DNA from: an uncultured Erysipelotrichaceae bacterium
GTDB taxonomy: Bacteria > Bacillota_I > Bacilli_A > RFN20 > CAG-826
Length of the DNA stretch: 64,000 nucleotides
NCBI GenBank assembly: GCA_902802355.1
Contig: CADCLU010000011.1
Coordinates: forward strand, 313 to 64,312
Reading direction: 5' to 3'
The number at the start of each line of letters is the position of its first letter. Positions within the stretch are counted from its first letter, which is position 1. A program made the translations under genes and the position numbers. Of the stretch, positions 59,999-64,000 are shown piece after piece. A model generated the notes under the pieces. That model was not told where the DNA came from. It did no database searches and saw only the letters and a list, made by a program, of their open reading frames with translations.

Positions 59999-61489
59999 TT
60001 AGTCTTCTGAGATATCGATGCCGTTAGATGAGGAGGAACCGCCACCGCGGTAGCTGCTTCCGCTTTCAGCATCATAGCCTTCCATGGCGTTATCGAAACG
60101 CTGGTGCTTAGGGGTGAACATAAGGGTGAATTTGCCTTGCTGTCCGTTACGGTTCTTAGCAACGACGAGAGTGGCGCCTTCTGGTTTACCAGAATTTTCT
60201 TCTTTTTGCTGATTCTCGGCTTCTTGGGCTTCACCGCTCTTGAGTGGGTTGTTTTCTTTGGTCTTGTAGCCTTGGTTCTTGTACCATTCCGGACGATAGA
60301 TCATCAAAACGATGTCGGCGTCCTGCTCGATGTTTCCGGATTCTTTTAAGTTAGCAAGGCTTGGAATGTGGCTTTCGTTCCTATCGGCTTCGCGGCTGAC
60401 CTGAGCAAGGGCCATGACAGGAACCTTAAGGTTACGAGCAAGCTGTTTCAAGGTCTTCGTGATAGCACCGATCTCAAGGGTGCGGCTATCATATTTGCCT
60501 TGAACATCAATGATGTTGATATAGTCGACGAAAATCATCGCGAGATCTGGATTGTTGGCTTTGAGTTTGTGGGATTTGGCAACGATATCGCCTAACGACT
60601 GGTTTGGTGTGTCATCGAAGTAAAGCTTGGTTCTTCCGATCGATTCAAGAGCAGCATTGACCTTGTCCATGTCACGCTTATTCAAATGGCCTGTGGAAAG
60701 GTCGCTGATATTGACGAGAGCCTCGCTGGCGATAAGACGCTTCATGATAAGGTCGTTGGCCATTTCGCAAGAGAAGATGGCAACGGTCTTACCAGTGTTT
60801 TGGGTCGCTTTCAAAGCGAAGTTAAGCATCAAAGCGGTCTTGCCCATGGATGGACGGGCGGCAAGGATGATGAGGTTGCCTGGCTGCCAACCGTGCGTAT
60901 AGGCGTTGAGTTTGATGAAGCCGGTGTCGATGCCGGTGATGCCGTTGTTGCTGAGTTTGGATTCTTTGCGGATGTTTTCTCTTGTTATTTCAGTGACTGT
61001 TTGAGCAGAAAGGAAGTTGGCAATCTGCCTCTTTGAGGCAATATCAGAAAGGGCCTGGGTATTAACGGCCATGAACTCACTGATATCCTCGATTCCACCG
61101 TCGGTGTAATCCTTGAGGATAGCCTCAAGCTTGGCGAGGTAGGCTCTTAAGACGGCCTGGTTACGGATGATGTTGACGTAATGGTCAACGTTGTTGATCT
61201 GAATTGGAGCCTGAAGGAGTTCCATGAGATAGGAAGTTCCGCCGGCATCTTCGAACATGCCCATGTTAATGAGCTGATCGACAACCGTCTCGGAGTCGAT
61301 TGGCTTATTGTGGGCATCGAGTTCCTTCATCGCTTTGAAGATGAGGACGTTGCGTGGATCTTCGCCAGAGAAGTCTTCCTCCTTGAGAGAGGTGATCGTG
61401 CTTAAAGCGAGGCCCGAGTCCATAAGGAGAGCGCCTAAGACTGAACGCTCAGCTTCTATGTTGGAAGGAAGTTTTGTCTTCTTGGCCAT
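59999..61489 (-). CDS. dnaB: Replicative DNA helicase (DnaB family; DnaC in Bacillus nomenclature)
   Basis: 496 aa. Walker A ARPSMGKTAL and ..VFVDYINII.. RecA-like core. It carries an extra acidic/Gly-Ser C-terminal tail. Confidence 0.95.
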   Translation of the reverse strand: MAKKTKLPSNIEAERSVLGALLMDSGLALSTITSLKEEDFSGEDPRNVLIFKAMKELDAHNKPIDSETVVDQLINMGMFEDAGGTSYLMELLQAPIQINNVDHYVNIIRNQAVLRAYLAKLEAILKDYTDGGIEDISEFMAVNTQALSDIASKRQIANFLSAQTVTEITRENIRKESKLSNNGITGIDTGFIKLNAYTHGWQPGNLIILAARPSMGKTALMLNFALKATQNTGKTVAIFSCEMANDLIMKRLIASEALVNISDLSTGHLNKRDMDKVNAALESIGRTKLYFDDTPNQSLGDIVAKSHKLKANNPDLAMIFVDYINIIDVQGKYDSRTLEIGAITKTLKQLARNLKVPVMALAQVSREADRNESHIPSLANLKESGNIEQDADIVLMIYRPEWYKNQGYKTKENNPLKSGEAQEAENQQKEENSGKPEGATLVVAKNRNGQQGKFTLMFTPKHQRFDNAMEGYDAESGSSYRGGGSSSSNGIDISED

Positions 61490-61491
61490 GC

Positions 61492-61953
61492 TTATTTGTC
61501 CTCGCTGATGTGGACGCTGACGGTACCGATGACCTGACCAGCCTGTCCTTTGTATAATTCGATTCTGAGTTTGGTGTATCCGAAGGCATTCGCAGGGGTT
61601 TTGTCGATGAATTTGCGTTTATCGATGGTAATGTCCCACTGCTTCTTCATCCCTTCTTCGATCTCTTTTGGGGAGATGGTTCCGAACATCCTTCCGTCGG
61701 ATCCGCCTTTGGCTTTGAATTCGACGTTGATGCTCTCAAGTCTCTTGGCGAGGACTTCGGCCTCTTCCTTGAGCTTCTTTTGTCTGGCTGCCTCTTCGGC
61801 GTTGTCTTTCTGAAGCTGGGCTTGGCTGCCTTTGGTTGATACGACAGCGAGTCCCCTTGGGATCAAGAAGTTCGAGGCGTAGCCGTCGTTGACGTCTTTC
61901 GTCTCGCCTTTCTTTCCGACTCCTTTGACATCTTTAAGCAATATGACTTTCAT
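61492..61953 (-). CDS. rplI: 50S ribosomal protein L9
   Basis: [37 protein letters not shown]... Confidence 0.95.
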   Translation of the reverse strand: MKVILLKDVKGVGKKGETKDVNDGYASNFLIPRGLAVVSTKGSQAQLQKDNAEEAARQKKLKEEAEVLAKRLESINVEFKAKGGSDGRMFGTISPKEIEEGMKKQWDITIDKRKFIDKTPANAFGYTKLRIELYKGQAGQVIGTVSVHISEDK

Positions 61954-61955
61954 GA

Positions 61956-63980
61956 TTAATCTTCTCCTTTAAGTGCGTTTCTGGCGCTGTCGAGATACTG
62001 GGACAAGGTTGATAAGAGCCTTGTGGCCGCTTTCTCGATCTGAACATCGCCTAAGTTAGTGGCTGCGCTCGTGAAGTGTCCGCCACCGCCGAGTTTCTCA
62101 AGAATGAACTGAACGTTCACCGAGCCATCACTTCTTCCTGAGATACGGACTTCGCTGTCAGAAGTTCTTCCGATAACGAACGCGGCGTTGACGCCTTTGA
62201 GCTGAAGCAATGTATTACAGACCTTCGCAATGGTCGTCCTCTCGATGATGTCTCTATCGTCGGAAACGCAATAGACGACGCCATAGAATGGGGTCTGAAT
62301 GGTCGAGATGATTTTGTTGATGAGGGAGTATTCCTCATACTCATCTTTAAGGTAATCGTCAGCGATGCTGTTATCGGCACCATAACTCTTAAGAGTTTGA
62401 GCGGCTTCGAAGGTTCTCATACCGACGGCCTTGTTCTTGAAATACGAAGTATCCATGAAGATGCCAGAGAGCATGATGGTCGCGAACGCAGGCTTGATCT
62501 CAATACGCGGGTTCGCGTTGGAGTACTTGATCATTTCGGTGATGAGCTCAGTAGCACTGGCGGCAGTTGGATCGATGTATGAGAGAACAGGTTTCTCTGG
62601 GTAGGATTCACCACGACGGTGGTGGTCGATGATCATCGTCTTGCTCGAAAGCTCAAGAAGCCTTGGAGCCATGGTGATCTCAGGAACGGAGACGTCTACG
62701 ACGATAACCAAGGTTGTTTCTTTAATCGTCGAAGCGGCTTGTTCTGGGGAGATGGTCATCTTTTCGTGAACGTCTCTAGAGAAGGCGGATTGGAAGGCCA
62801 AACGGGTCTTCTTCTCAGCACGCTTTGCGCTATAGACGATTCTGCTTGGAACGCCAACCCAATCACAGATTGCCATCATACCGAGGGCGGCGCCTAAGGC
62901 GTCCATATCCATATCGGTGTGGCCCATGATGAAGACGTTCGAAGCGCCACGGATAATGGTTGCAACAGAGTCGGCCATGGAACGAACTTTGACCTTGGAG
63001 GTGTTTTCAACACCTGTTGTCTTACCACCGAAGAAGGCGAGCTCGTGTCCATAATGGGAAACGACGACTTGGTCGCCACCACGGGAGAGGGCGACATCGA
63101 TAGCATCGTTAGCCATATCGTTAAGCTTCGCTATATCCGGGAAGTCGTGAGCAATACCGATAGAAAGGGTAAGAGGAACATCCTCTTTCTCCTCTGCGGC
63201 ACGGACTTTCTCGACGAGCGAGAACCTGTCTTTTTCCATGCGGGCAAGAGAGTTGTAGTTGCAAACCATAAAGTAAGAGTCGGTTTTGATACGACGGATA
63301 AGGACACCATATTCATGGCAGTAGTCGTTGATGAGGGAGCGGACTTTCAAGATCTGCTCAGACATCTCATCGATATCCGATGAAACTTCGTTATAGTTAT
63401 CGATCATGATGATTCCGAGGACGGTGGCCTGTTCACGGGAGTAGGTGGCCATTTCTTCGTACTCAGTCTTGTCGTTGAAGACAAACATCTTTGGCTGAGA
63501 GAGGTATCTTACTTCGTAAAGGCGTTGTTTGATCGTGACTTTGATGGTCTTTCCTGGGATGCCGTTAACAAGTTCCTTAAGAGCCGGAGCAAACTGATAG
63601 ATATCAGCATCGACAATGTCGATCTGCATGTCCTTGAACATGTTGTTGGCCCAGATGACGATGCCATCGCCATCAACGACGACTAAGCCAATATGGGCGA
63701 AGTTATAAGCGTTCTGAACGTCGCCACCGATGAGGGAAGCGGCTTCTTGGTCGTTGCTTTGTCTCTTGCGGCCGATCTTAAGGAGAGAGAACCAGAAGAC
63801 GAGGGAATCAACAAGAAGGAATCCGCAGCAAACGAAGAGCAGATAAAGTTCGATGTTATTGACGGTTTTGATTCCAAAAGAATCAGTGAACCAGAACACG
63901 ATAAAAGTGACGACGATGATCGCCTGGATACCGAGGATTACAAATAGAGCTAAGCGAATTTTCGAAATCAGTTTATTCAT
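61956..63980 (-). CDS. gdpP: GdpP-type c-di-AMP phosphodiesterase (2 TM, PAS-like, degenerate GGDEF, DHH/DHHA1)
   Basis: 674 aa. DHH region ..[17 protein letters not shown].., DHHA1 ..[10 protein letters not shown].. Conserved position upstream of rplI-dnaB. Confidence 0.88.
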   Translation of the reverse strand: MNKLISKIRLALFVILGIQAIIVVTFIVFWFTDSFGIKTVNNIELYLLFVCCGFLLVDSLVFWFSLLKIGRKRQSNDQEAASLIGGDVQNAYNFAHIGLVVVDGDGIVIWANNMFKDMQIDIVDADIYQFAPALKELVNGIPGKTIKVTIKQRLYEVRYLSQPKMFVFNDKTEYEEMATYSREQATVLGIIMIDNYNEVSSDIDEMSEQILKVRSLINDYCHEYGVLIRRIKTDSYFMVCNYNSLARMEKDRFSLVEKVRAAEEKEDVPLTLSIGIAHDFPDIAKLNDMANDAIDVALSRGGDQVVVSHYGHELAFFGGKTTGVENTSKVKVRSMADSVATIIRGASNVFIMGHTDMDMDALGAALGMMAICDWVGVPSRIVYSAKRAEKKTRLAFQSAFSRDVHEKMTISPEQAASTIKETTLVIVVDVSVPEITMAPRLLELSSKTMIIDHHRRGESYPEKPVLSYIDPTAASATELITEMIKYSNANPRIEIKPAFATIMLSGIFMDTSYFKNKAVGMRTFEAAQTLKSYGADNSIADDYLKDEYEEYSLINKIISTIQTPFYGVVYCVSDDRDIIERTTIAKVCNTLLQLKGVNAAFVIGRTSDSEVRISGRSDGSVNVQFILEKLGGGGHFTSAATNLGDVQIEKAATRLLSTLSQYLDSARNALKGED

Positions 63981-64000
63981 GGTTAGTGATTATTATATCG

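Overview
This is a 64-kb chromosomal segment from a Bacillota-type (low-GC Gram-positive lineage) genome. Gene order repeatedly mirrors Bacillus: gdpP-rplI-dnaB, walJ-like MBL plus rlmH, tsaE-tsaB-rimI-tsaD, comFA-comFC-secA-prfB, pcrA-ligA and thyA-folA. About four fifths of the genes are on the minus strand. TGA is a genuine stop, because the RF2 gene carries the canonical CTT TGA C +1 recoding site, so the standard bacterial code applies. I call about 64 protein genes, tRNA-Ala(CGC), tmRNA, one TPP riboswitch and a set of intrinsic terminators and sigma-A-like promoters. Most content is housekeeping: replication and repair, translation, secretion, thymidylate and one-carbon metabolism, and enolase. 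There is also transport (FeoAB, PiT plus DUF47, an FbpABC-like ABC importer, an AbrB-linked ABC-2 exporter, a ThiT-like S component, MscS) and second-messenger enzymes (two membrane GGDEF cyclases and GdpP). I found no CRISPR array, no intact IS element, prophage or integrase, and no recognisable defence system. I cannot name a clearly novel system with confidence. The best candidates for follow-up are: (1) a 994-bp gene-poor patch (7312-8305) with an orphan terminator, a long-range helix and decayed ORFs; (2) a plus-strand island (17.1-22.2 kb) that combines a Y-family polymerase/YolD pair with an ECF-type sigma factor and an atypical anti-sigma protein; (3) an ABC ATPase with an insertion of about 120 codons; (4) a TPP-riboswitch-controlled ThiT-like protein fused to an extra 4-TM domain; (5) a perfect 63-bp tandem duplication at the 5' end of a GGDEF gene; (6) a large signal-peptide-less repeat protein. 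One caveat matters for all pseudogene calls. Four frame breaks, including one in asnS, can each be repaired by a single-base change at a position where a short homopolymer is available. They may therefore be consensus errors rather than biology.
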